Origin: an uncultured bacterium
GTDB lineage: Bacteria; Auribacterota; JACPWU01
DNA length: 32,000 nucleotides
Assembly (NCBI GenBank): GCA_964640155.1
Contig: CAZXEQ010000008.1
Span: forward strand, 60,001-92,000
Direction of reading: 5' to 3'
Shown here: positions 9,639 through 21,600 of the stretch, one piece after another
Numbering within the stretch: position 1 is the stretch's first letter
Layout: each line of letters starts with the position of its first letter
Made by a program: the position numbers and the translations under genes
Notes under the pieces: generated by a model
The model's input: only the letters and a program-made list of their open reading frames with translations
What the model was told of the DNA's origin: nothing
The model's database searches: none

Positions 9639-12600
9639 CAGGATTTTCAAGAGCCGTCCAATGCCGTTCCTATTGCTGAAAATCCTTCTTCTGATTCCTT
9701 CATTCCTTTGAAACAAGCTCGAGAAATTCAAGAGCATGAGCAGTATTTGCAAGACAAACAATTTCAAATGCAGGCCTTGCGGTCCAGTCATTCTTTAATT
9801 CGCTCTCCTTTTTCTAAAAATCCCAATCCCTTTATGAATGTGAATGATCCCGTTCAATCTTTTAAATCTCTAGATTTTCAAACTCAAAATATTCATCGAC
9901 AGTTGCGTTCATTGGCAGAGATGGAACTCAGGCGTATTGCGGCCTATATGGAACGTTATGTTCTGGCTTACAATAAAGATAAAAGCATCAAAAAAACCAC
10001 TTACTTTAATGCTGTTCCTATTCGAATTGAAAATGAGCGTTTGGTCGATTCTCACGGGAAGCAGACAATTCGAAACACGAGAAATATGAAGTATAACGAG
10101 AAACGCCAGTTAATTTCTTATGAAAGCGAATCTTTAGATGCTTTAGGTAACACGACAAAGACAACATGGAAAGAAGGCACTTACTATACGAAATCTGATG
10201 AACAACTGAATGCTCGTACAAAAGAAGGTTATGTAAAATCTTATACAGAAATGGTTGAACTTCCAAGCGGGGAAGTCATTACACGTCGGAGAGATAATAT
10301 TCTTTATTATAACAAAAAAGATGAAGAGCTGAATTCGCGTTTTGTTCAAGAACAAATCGCAGGCTACACGGAAACTTATGTTTCTAATCAGGCTCCCGAT
10401 GCACCGCGTCTTACGGTTTGGTCAAATGCAACGTATGTGAAACAGCCCTTTACACCAACTTCTGAGAATCCAGACCCAGCAGGTGGTTATGCAAAGAAGA
10501 AGGCTTTAAAAAATCTTAAAAAAGAGCCAGATATTCTTTTAACTTCTTTTCATGAGGAAACAACGGTACTTGGTTTAACATCTGTTCGAGATATTAACAC
10601 GATTGAATACAACGAGTATGAAGAACAGACATCCTATCATGAGAGAATTGAAAGACTAGGTCTTCTATATAACAACGAATTTCGTGGAGGTCGATATGAT
10701 GAATGGGGGCGACTCATTCAATATAATATTCGAAGCGAAGTAGGTGGAGAAGTCACTATTACAGAACGGTTGGAAACTGAATATACATCAACTGGACTTA
10801 TTTTAAGGTATGTTGAAAAAATAACCTATCCCAATGGAGTAGTTGAGGAAGTTGAATTTATAGAACCTGAATATAATGAGATAGGACAGCTTTTAGGATT
10901 TATACGTATTACCAACACAGAAGAGGGAGAAATTAGGACTACACGTAGTGATATTGAATACAATAGCTTGGGTTTAGAAACATCCTACACGGATACCATT
11001 GAAAGCGAAGGTCTCACAACGATCATTGAGATGAGTGACATTACTTATAATGAAAATGGACTCATTTATAGTTTTTTACAAACTAAAACTGAGATAGGAA
11101 GTTCGCTGGAATGGGGAGAAGTTTTTGACATTGATCGCGTGACTGTCACGGAACGTGTTTACACGCGTTACAACGGTGTAGGTCAAGAAACAGAATATTT
11201 TGAACGCGTGCAAGATCCTTTAGGTTTTACAGAAGAAACGTTGCGATCAGGCATTCTCAGAAATCAAGCGGGTAGAGTGACTGCATATCATGATGTGATT
11301 CATAGAGAAATTGCAGGTGTGATTGACGTACCACTGCGTACTGAGAGTGGAGAATATGTTTATGGTCCGGATGGACAAATTCAAACTCGCCGTGAACAAA
11401 CTGAGCAGGTGATAGAGCTAGAAAGAAATTTTGAAGGACGTTACAACTCTGGCGGAGAGTTGATTTTTAGTCGTGAGACTGAAAGAAATGAAGCTATGCC
11501 TGATTTAACCATTATTCGTACCCGTCAAGGGATGGAGTACACACGAGGTCATTTAACAAACTTCATTGAGATTCTTGAAGAAACAGGACCGGGAATCTAT
11601 CGACGAGCTCAGACCACAAGATCTGGCACTCAAATTGACCGTCGTGGGCGACCTATTCGGTATCAGGAATTTTATCAAAAAGGTGATATTGAAATTTTAA
11701 GAATTCGTGACTCGATTGTCTATTCTAATCGAAATCTTATTTTGAGTTATCGTGAAATAGAGCAGCAAGGTTCTGTTGTAACCATTCGAGATGTTATTCA
11801 AACGCAATATGATTATTTTGAACGCGAAATTTTTTCACGCTATCAGCTTCAAAGAGGAATTTTAAGAGAAGAGCATCTTGTTCGTAAAACTTACAATGCT
11901 TTGCATCAATTAAGAGGATTGGTAGAGGAAATCAGAAGTAATGCAACAGCTCTTTCGAGGGTGATGCGGCAGGGTTATTTTTTCTATAGTATTGCAGGTC
12001 AAATTTTGGGTTATCACAAAGAGGAAGAAGAAGCAGGACAATACCGTTCTTCTACTGGAAGGGAAGTGGTCATTGACCGAGAAACCGTGAGCGACCGAAC
12101 TGAAATTCAATACAATCGCCTCGGACAAGAAATTTTCAGAAAAACGCTTCATCGAGATATATATGGTTTTCAGGAAAATATTGAAGAGAGTAATATTCAA
12201 TATAATATCTCGGGTCAAGAAGCAAGTCGTAATGTTCGAATTGTACGTACGGGCACGGGTGAAGTTTCTGTTCCAGAAACGGATAGCGAAGGGAATTTTC
12301 TTGTGGATGTGAGTGGAAATTTGATTACTCGACTTGAAACCCAAACGCTTCGGGAAACTTTTGAAAAGAGAATTCATTCTCAGATTTATAATATACGCGG
12401 TGAGCTCATTTCAAGCACTGAGGAAATAAGATCTAGCGCAACTCCTGATAAAACACTTATTCGTACTTTCCAAGATGCTTTTTATAATGACAACGGTGAA
12501 CTCACAACTTATCGAGAAATTTTTAGAGAAAGAGGCATCTATCAAGTGTTAGGAATGAGTTATCCTCTCGATTCTGTGAAAGAGATTTTATGGAGCGGAA

Positions 12601-15600
12601 TCGAATATGATGACTTTGGACGAATTTTGACAAGCATGCAGACGATTGTGGAAAATTTGGGAATTGCCATCTCTCGCGTTAGAAGAAATGAACTTTTCAA
12701 CCCCATAGGACTTATCGATCATTACACCGAAACTGAACAAAGAGGGGCGAGCAGCATTAGAACCCGACGACGTATTGATAGTCAATATGATGCATGGGAT
12801 AGGGAAATCAGTAATGTCGAGACTTCTAGCAAATTAGACGAAGCACAACATTTTCAGAATTTCACTGAGTATAATTTCTTGAACCAAATTTATGAAACAC
12901 GTCAAATCATTCAAAGCAATTTAACTCCACTCATTCAAAATATTACACGCACAGGAATGATGTATGGCGGCGTGGCTGGAAATTTTCTGTTAGGCTATCG
13001 TGAAATTGAGAATACTCAAGGATCTTATACCGGAATAGATGGTGTTCTTGTCGCTATTGATCGCACAAAACTGATAGATCGATTAAACACTTCATATAAT
13101 CGTTTAGGACAGGAGATAGAACTTAGTGAGAGGCGACAGCTTCCGAATGGAGTATTAGAGAATTTTACGCGCTTCGGAATTCTCTATAATGAAAAGGGGC
13201 AGGTGATTGCAAGAGATGATGTTTTGCGTAAACGTGCTCAAGCTGTTGTGACTATTCCTACTCAAGATGGCAATGGGGAGGAAACTTCGGTTCTAGAAAC
13301 AAATACCGCCATTTTAGATCAGACAGAACTCAGTCAATGGCGACTAGGGAGTTACAACACGCAAGGTCAACTTGAAAGTTATACAGAGACCATTCAAAGT
13401 AATGCAAATGCTTTATCCCAAACTAGAATTTGGCAAAATGCAAATTATGATGAAGAAGAAAGACTGGTTTCTTATCAAGAAACGCTAAGAGATTATGGGC
13501 AATATATAGATGCCTTGGGTGTGGAACGCCGAATAGATAAAACGATCGTTCAAAATAGAAATCAAATGCGTTATAACACTCAAAATCAATTGATTTCTTA
13601 TGAAGAAGAATTAATGAATGAATATGGAGAAAGAAGTTTGAGGGAGTGGCGAAACGCCACATATGGTCCCACAGGACTCATTCAATCTTATCATGAAGAA
13701 ATTAATCAGAATATTTTAAGTATTTCCTCTTTTGACTCTCGCATGACTCGTCGTGATTGGAGTCAAGCACGGTATGATGCTTTGGATCAACTTATAGGAT
13801 ATAGAGAAGAAATTATAGATCCGTATGGTGTCTTGGAAACACGTATTCGAGAAAACACAACCTATAGCGGTTTGGGGTTTATTGAAAGTTACCGAGATCA
13901 AATGAGTCGTTTTGGAGATACCATTGACCCCTATGGAGTTAGGGTCTTACTTGATACAAGAAAAACTATTAACTGGAATGCTAGGGGCTACAATCGATAT
14001 GGAGAGTTATTGAGATATCACGAAGAAGTGCGTGATCCTGCTTTAGCACAAGTTGTCGTTACAGATCATTATGGGATGACTCGAGATCTATTGGGGCAAA
14101 TTCGTTCTTATCAAGAGAGCATCCGTGCCAATGGAAGTGCTTTAGATGCTTCATCTGGGATAACGCTCAGTCTTAATCTTCTTCAACGACGTACCGTACA
14201 GGTACCTCTTTATAATTTGCTGGGCCAAGCCCTCGAAGGACAAGAATCTGAGATTCAAATGGGAGATGGTTTTAGAACGCAAAGAGAAGTTCAAAAAAAT
14301 CGTATGGTGTATCAAGGTTCAGAGCTTGTTCAATACGAAGAAATCACAACGCGCGACTCTAGTCTTTTAACCCAACACAGAGTTCGAGAGCTGACCCTTA
14401 TTGGTTCAAAAGGACAAGTCACAGGATATAGAGAATACACCCGAGAGTACGGGACGGATTCTCATGGGATAACCTTGGACCGCACATCATTTATTGAACA
14501 ACAAAACATTTTGTATGATCCGTTGGGAAGACTTTTTAGTTATGAAGAAATGATGATGGATCCCTACAGCGTTGAGCATAGAACAGCAAGAACAGAAATG
14601 TATTACGATGATCAAGGCCGTTTGATCAGTCATAGAGAAAAGAGAGAAAGAAGTGATATTCCTGGTCAAGTAAATATCAGAAGATTTTATGGAGCTCAAT
14701 ATAACCCTTTTGCACAACTACTCAGTTATATTGAAGAGGAAGAAGGCTTTGGAACAACTGTTCAAAGAATTCGTACAGATGTGCGTTATGATCGTCAGGG
14801 GAATATCATTCATTATCTTGAAACGATTAATGACAGAGGAGTCCGTACTCAAAACATTTTCAGTAATGCCCGCTACAATGGTCTGAGGCAATTAATGGCT
14901 TATCGTCTTACAAGTGCAAGTCTTGGTCAAACACAAGTATTTGATTTTAGAAATGCTCGATATGACGGCGATCAAAGACTTGTCTATTATGAAGCTATTT
15001 TGGAACCTTATCGAGGGAGTGGGCATATTATTAATATCACATGGAGCAATGCTGTTTATGACAGTTTGGGTCGTCTTTTAAGTTCTCGAGAAGAACGAAC
15101 CAGTGGTTCTTCACTGGAAGTTATTGATACGAGCTCTATTGGTTATGACAGTGAAAATCGAGTGAGTGATTTTACCCGAACAATTCATAAAACAGACTCA
15201 GGCCTAGATTGGACACTTACTCAAGTCAGAAGCAGTATTCTATACGATGGTCGTTCAGATACAGTCATTGCGTATAGAGATGATATGAATGAAAACGGCA
15301 TTTTATGGATGCAAAATTATCAGGTAACAGCTCAAGATTCCTTAAGAAGAGTGACTGACTATCAAAGGCAAACCAATCGTAGTGGAGTGACTCAAACTTT
15401 CACGAGGCAGAACATGCTTTATGATGATGCAGGGGCATTGCTTCAAGGCGCTCTAATTGGTTACACTGATCAGGAGTTAGATAGTCGATTCCCAGGTTTG
15501 GTCGAACAAACAGAGCATCAAACGCTTGGCATTAATAGTATGGGGTTGGAAACAGATTTTCGAGAAGAGACAGCATTAAATGGTGCTCTTTTGAATAGCA

Positions 15601-18600
15601 CTGAAACCCGTGAGCGAAGCGGCATTAGCTATACTGCAGATGGCATGATGGAGTCTTGGCAGGATGTGATAACGATTGGTAGCGAACGAAGAATAGAGCA
15701 AATTTCCAATAGTCAATGGAATGACTTGGGCCTTCTCTTAAATCAGGATCGACAAATTCGTCATACCGCAACAGGGCTGGATGTGACAGAAACGGTTCGG
15801 CTTTCTTTGGGCTATGACCGGCAAGGTCGATTAACAAACCAAACAGAGGTTGTGAGAAACAGCAGCGCGCCTGACATCACAACGACAACAGTAGTAGATA
15901 ATATTATTTATGGAACAAATGAACAAAGATCTGCGTATAGAGAGCGGGTTATAACTGATGGCATTGGAATAGATCCTTGGACAGTTACAGGAACTTATAA
16001 TTCGCTTGTTTACACGGATGGGCTTTTATCTGCTTATACGCGTCAAACAATGGATAGTCGTTCTCCCGATGCATCCCGACAATCCAACTTTAGTTCACTT
16101 CGTTATAGTCCCGATGGACTTTTACTAACATTCTCTCGTGAAGATATTGAACGCTCGCCCACAATGAATGTGACAACAACCGTGGATCGTCTTCAAACTC
16201 AATATGATGCTCGAGGTAGAGAGATTGGCGCTTCCGAAAGAAGTTCCGACTCTGCGCGTTCAGGCCTTGAATTGACAACAACGGTTGCTAGAACCTATAA
16301 CTTAAATGGACAGATTTCTGTACTAACACAAGCAACTGAGGCGAGAGGCAGCGATGGGTATTCACTAACCACGACTGCGACTCGAAATGCTATTATTTAT
16401 AACACGCTCGGACTTATGACATCATGGTTGGATACCTCTACAGAATCTGCACATCCTGTTCTTACTCAAGAACAAGTCAATAACGCTAGATGGAATCATT
16501 TAGGTCAATTAACTTCATACGAAGCTGTCAATCATTCAGCAGGTCCAGGTCTAGATGTGACTGAAACAACTCAAACAACGCTTGGATATAATCGTCAATC
16601 TCAAGTCAACCGAATTGAACAAAGATCGACAAATTCTAGCAGCCCAGATCTCACAACTTCCACGACGCAGTCTAACATCAACTATGGAAGAGATGGCAAT
16701 GTAACAGATTATCGCCAGACGCAACAGTTTTCGGGCGTAGGCTTAACCCCTTGGACGTTAACAACAAACTATGCTTCTTTGAATTATCGCAATGACCAGC
16801 TTCTGTCCTACACAGCGACAACCACAGACTCTCGCTTTTCAGGCCTGCAAAATGTTTTGATGAGAAGTGCTTCAACTTATAATGATAATGGCTTTTTAAA
16901 TACCTTTGTTGAAGAAAGAATGGATTTGGGCGCTGGACTTAATGTCACTACAACAACACAGCGAATGCAAACGACATATAACACTCATGGAGAAGAAGTT
17001 GGTTCTGTGGAAAATATGAGGGCCTCCAATCGCCCAGCATTACAAGTGACTTTAACAAATACAAGAACCTACGCAGCAAATGGAAGAGTGTCTTCTTGGT
17101 CTGAAAGAAGAAATGAAAATGGAGGCCTGGATTATTCTCTAACCAGCACTTCCGTTCGAAGTGCCATCACTTATGATTTAACAGGAAACTTGACAGGATG
17201 GATAGATGTCGAAACTACCAATCGTGATCAAATTGTTTTAACGGAGCGTATTTCTGATGTCAGAACAAATCGCTTGGGACAAATGACGAGAGCTTCAAGT
17301 GAAAGCCAAAGAGCCACAGGTGTTTTATCAGAAACAGATAATATTGAAAGAAGATTTACTTATAGTCCACAAAATTTGATGACAAGTTTTAGCGAAACAA
17401 CAACTTATGATCCTATGCGTACAGCACGTGATGGTTTAGAAAGAACGATTTATACTCTTTCAGGAATGATTCGATCTGCCTCAGGTCTTTTAACATCTTA
17501 TCGTGAAAGTTGGGACCAACAAAACTCAGATCCTCTTCGAAGCACAATTGAAACGGTAAACACTTCTGGCATTACTTATGCGGCAGGACAAGTTAATTCT
17601 TTCGATACTCAATATGCCAACACTCTTAATCCTACGCTTAATTCTCAATATGAATTTTCAAATATTCAAAGAAATTTAATAGGCCAAATCACCTCTTCAG
17701 ATGTCACTGTGACCAATCTTTCTGGGAGATCTTCTTATGAGGAGACTTTGGATTATGATATTCGTGGGCGCATTGAAAGTCGCCTCGAAGTCAATCCTAG
17801 CACTTCAACGATTTTAGAAGGTTGGGATCAAATTCGATATAACGATCAAGGCCAAATCAATAGTTTTGATTATATTGATTCAACAGGGACCACACACAAT
17901 AGTGGTATTGCGTACACAGACCTGAGTTTAACTCCCGATGATAGTATGATACCTCATCCAGAAATTTTATGGCGACATGGGAGTACAGTTATAGGGAATA
18001 GTGAATTGGGGATAGTGACTAGTGCAAAAGAAACGTCATTGCGAGAAGGCGGAGCCGACGAAGCAATCTTATCTCTCCAATCTCACTTAATAAATTCTGA
18101 ACTCTCAACGCGACATGCTGATTTAAATATTTCACAATCCACAATTCACAATCCACTCATCATAAGTATTTTAGACCGTCCTGTGCTGCCAAATGTAATT
18201 CCGCTTCAACGTTTAAGCGGAACTGCTTCGACGGGGGCCCTGGTTTTTAGAGGTACAACAACGCAAATAGAAAGAAGCGGGACAACTTATAATGCTTCTG
18301 GACAAGTCACAGGCTTTGTCGAAAGAACAAGAATTTTTGGGACGATTACCAATCCCGATGGATCAGTTCAGGAAATCCAAATAGAAACTTCTGTGAATCG
18401 AGTGGCCACAGTCTATGACATCTTTGGTCAGGAAATTGGATTTGAGCAGATTGAACGTGATGCCTCAGGAGTTGAAACGCAGGTTATTCGATCGAACATC
18501 ACCCGGAATGAACTGGGAATCATTATCGGTTTCACAGAGACTCGAAAAATTATTTTAGATCCAGATCGTCCTAAGGAAGAAGAAGGTGAACTTGTTGTTA

Positions 18601-21600
18601 CTCAAATCAGAGAAATTCAGTCTTTCGATCGTTTTGGCCGAATCATTGCATTCATTGATCGTATTATCACGGATGGATATTACAACAATCCCTTGAATTA
18701 TGGAACCTCAGTGACAGGTGAACCTAGTAGACTGCGTACCGAGGAGACCACATATCGCACAAATACAGAATATGATGCGTTTGGACGAATCACACGAACT
18801 TCTGAAACCTACGTTTCCAGTGTTGAATCAGCAAAAACGATTACGATCGATAAGGCCTTCGGAGATTTTGATAGTGATGGCTATGCTACACACACCGAAC
18901 AAAAAATGCGCGAACAAGGTCGCGATGAATTTGGAAATGAAATTGATGTAACTCGTGAAATCATTCGAAGCGATATTTTGAGAAATGCATTAGGTTTGGA
19001 AATTTCTTATCATGAAGAAATTTCAGCTCTCATGGCGGGCATGACTAACTTTTTACAACAGCAAATAAGAGAGTACCGTGCTTCTCGGTACAGCATTCAT
19101 GAAGGTCGTGTTTTAGAATATAAAGAAAAAATTCAAGATTTAATTAAAAACTCCACTCAAAAAATCCATAAGCATGACATTGAATATACAGCCAGGGGCA
19201 AAGAAAAGAGCTTTATCACAGATATTACAGAAACATTACAACCGGCGACTGGTGACCGGCGACTGGTGACTACCTTAAAACGAATCGCAGGATCAAATTA
19301 TCAATATAATCTTTTAGGTCAGCTGATCAGTTCGACGCAAATCATTTCTGAACAATTACAGGGTCGTCCCATTAAAGAAACCAAAGTCCAATTTGGTCAA
19401 GCAACTTACAACCGCCTCGGACAATTGCAATCTTATAAAGAAGCAAGCACGCAACATATAGAAACAAGCGATAGCGTAAACACCCAGAAGCCTGGAGCAA
19501 CAATAAAAGATATTAGTCAGATTCAATATTCGAAATTAGGCTTGCAAGTCGCATCAATTGAGAAAGTTTACGAGAGCAATGTATTTCAATTCGAACGTCA
19601 GGTTTTGGATCAACACTATGATGTGGCAGGAAGACTTGTTGAAGATCGTACGGTGAATATACAATCCACAGGCGAGAAAATCGAATCTTCGCGCTCCAAC
19701 TTAAAATACGACAAACATGGGAATCTGACTTCTTATCAAGAAAGCGGAACATCAAACGCTACCGGTTCTTATTCTTTTTCTAGAAATCAGACCTTTAATG
19801 TATTTGGGCAACTTTCAAGCTTTAAAGAAGAGGGGACAAGATTCTCAAGCCCTCCTTATGAGGCTTCGGAAGCAAATATCGTTTATGATGATTTAGGACG
19901 AAAAGAGAGTTATCAACGACTTGAAAAGGATTTGTTTGGAACAAGACAAATCGAAAGAACTTCTACTGAATATGATTCGCTGGGACATGTTCAGTCTTAC
20001 GCTCAAAATACTCAAGAAACACTTACTAACGGCAAGCAATCCCAGATACAGGAAACTCGATCTGAAATGATTCATGATGATTTTAATCGGTTGATTTCTT
20101 CTAAGAATTATACCAAGGGGACGAGCCAAGGAAGGGCACTCGAGCAAACCGTCAGTATGAACGTGAGTAGTTTTGATGAGGTGGGTCGTACGATTGAATA
20201 TAAGGAAATCACTCAAAATCATGTTGAATCTAGAACCATGCAATCGATAGTACAGACTTCGTATAATGAAATGGGACAACTCACTTCACAGACCGAACGT
20301 CTTTATGAAGATGGTTTTCTTCAGCATGACCGCACAACAACTCATCAAGTTTATGATTCTTATGGTCGTGTTGTCTCAGATAGAACCGTTCTATCTTTAG
20401 CATCTGGAGAAATAACTCACTCTGAGCGAACAAAATTAACTTACGATGAGGTCAATAATCTTATTTCGTTTTCAGAAAAAGGATATTCAAACGCAAATGG
20501 GAACTATGAATTTTCTAGAAATCTTATCTATGATTCCATAGGCCAAATTTCACAAACAAACGAGGAAGGCAAGCGATCTTCTAATGGAAGCTATTCGCTT
20601 CTTGAATCAAAAATTGCCTACGATCAATTAGGTCGAAAAATTTCATTTTTATCTGAAGAAAAAGACGTTTATGGAAACCATTTAACAGAGCGCCAATGGA
20701 CAAGTTTTGATTCTAAAGGGCGGACCAATGCTTATCGGCAAACAACAGAAGGAAATTTAAAAAATGGCAAATCCGCTAAAGCTGAAGAAACTCGGGAAGC
20801 AATGACTTATGATAACGCCAATCGTTTAACATATTGGAAAGAGCATACCAAAGACTTAACAGACACGGGCTCTTTTGACCGTACGACTGAAACATATGTT
20901 CAAAGTTTTGATCATGCCGGTCGAAGCTCTCGCTTTGTTCAAAAAATAGACAATCACAGAGAAGGCTTAAAATCAGAAAATATCATTGATCAGTCTTACA
21001 ATGATTTAGGGCAAATCAAAAATAAAAAAGAAGCGGTCTTTTTAGAGGGCTTATTCCAACAGGAAAAAACTTCTTCAAATCAAATTTATGATGAGTCCGG
21101 ACGCATCATCTCTGATGAATCCATAACACGTTTGGCTTCAGGAGAAGTGACGCATGCAAAACGTGAAAACGTAATCTATGATGATGTAAGCAATATGGTA
21201 AGTTTTTCCGAAAGCGGTTCTTCGAATGCAAGTGGAGATTATTCTTTTTCCCGTGAGCAAGAATTTGAAAAAGGTGAGGTGGTTGCTTATCGCGAGAAGG
21301 GAACACGCTCTTCCGATGGTGCTTATACGGCTCAAGAATCTAACATTCAATACGATGAATTAGGTCGAGTAAGTTCTTTCCATCGAATTGAAACAAATTC
21401 AATGGGGACATATATTACACAAAGAACTTCAACTCATTATGATCGTTTGGGACGCATGGATGGTTATGTGCAAGACATTGAAAGCAAATTCCTAAATGGA
21501 CAATGGACCAAAGTCACAGAAACAAAAACAGATATGGTTTATGATGAAATGAATCGTCTTACGAGTTATCAGATTCAAACACAAGGAGCTAATGAAATAA

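Noticed and set aside
9545-9679. GTG at 9545 as an alternative start for gene 2
   Set aside because: That frame hits TGA after 44 codons (9677-9679). The long ORF is in the adjacent frame, where TTG 9567 follows the SD-like AAGGGGG and yields a signal-peptide-like N-terminus.
11910-12377. 155-aa minus-strand ORF, and the many other 60-130-aa ORFs listed between 9.4 and 32 kb
   Set aside because: All lie inside the stop-free + strand giant ORF, either in other frames or antisense. Their translations are Phe/Ile/Leu/Ser-rich junk typical of AT-rich shadow frames. None has a recognisable RBS or motif.
16771-16796. Possible degenerate reverse-orientation copy of the palindromic mini-element (ATGCTTC...TCGCAATGAC)
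   Set aside because: Only about 10 nt match well. The sequence encodes NYRNDQLLSY, an ordinary YD-like motif aligned with its paralogue (VYTDGLLSAY) in the 258-aa super-repeat.
17952-17972. PHPEILW as a vestigial third copy of the EHPDYIL boundary motif (a decayed cassette junction next to mini-element copy 1)
   Set aside because: Only H-P-[DE]-x-I-L is shared. No coiled coil, hydrophobic domain or conserved flanks follow. The evidence is too weak to report as a feature.
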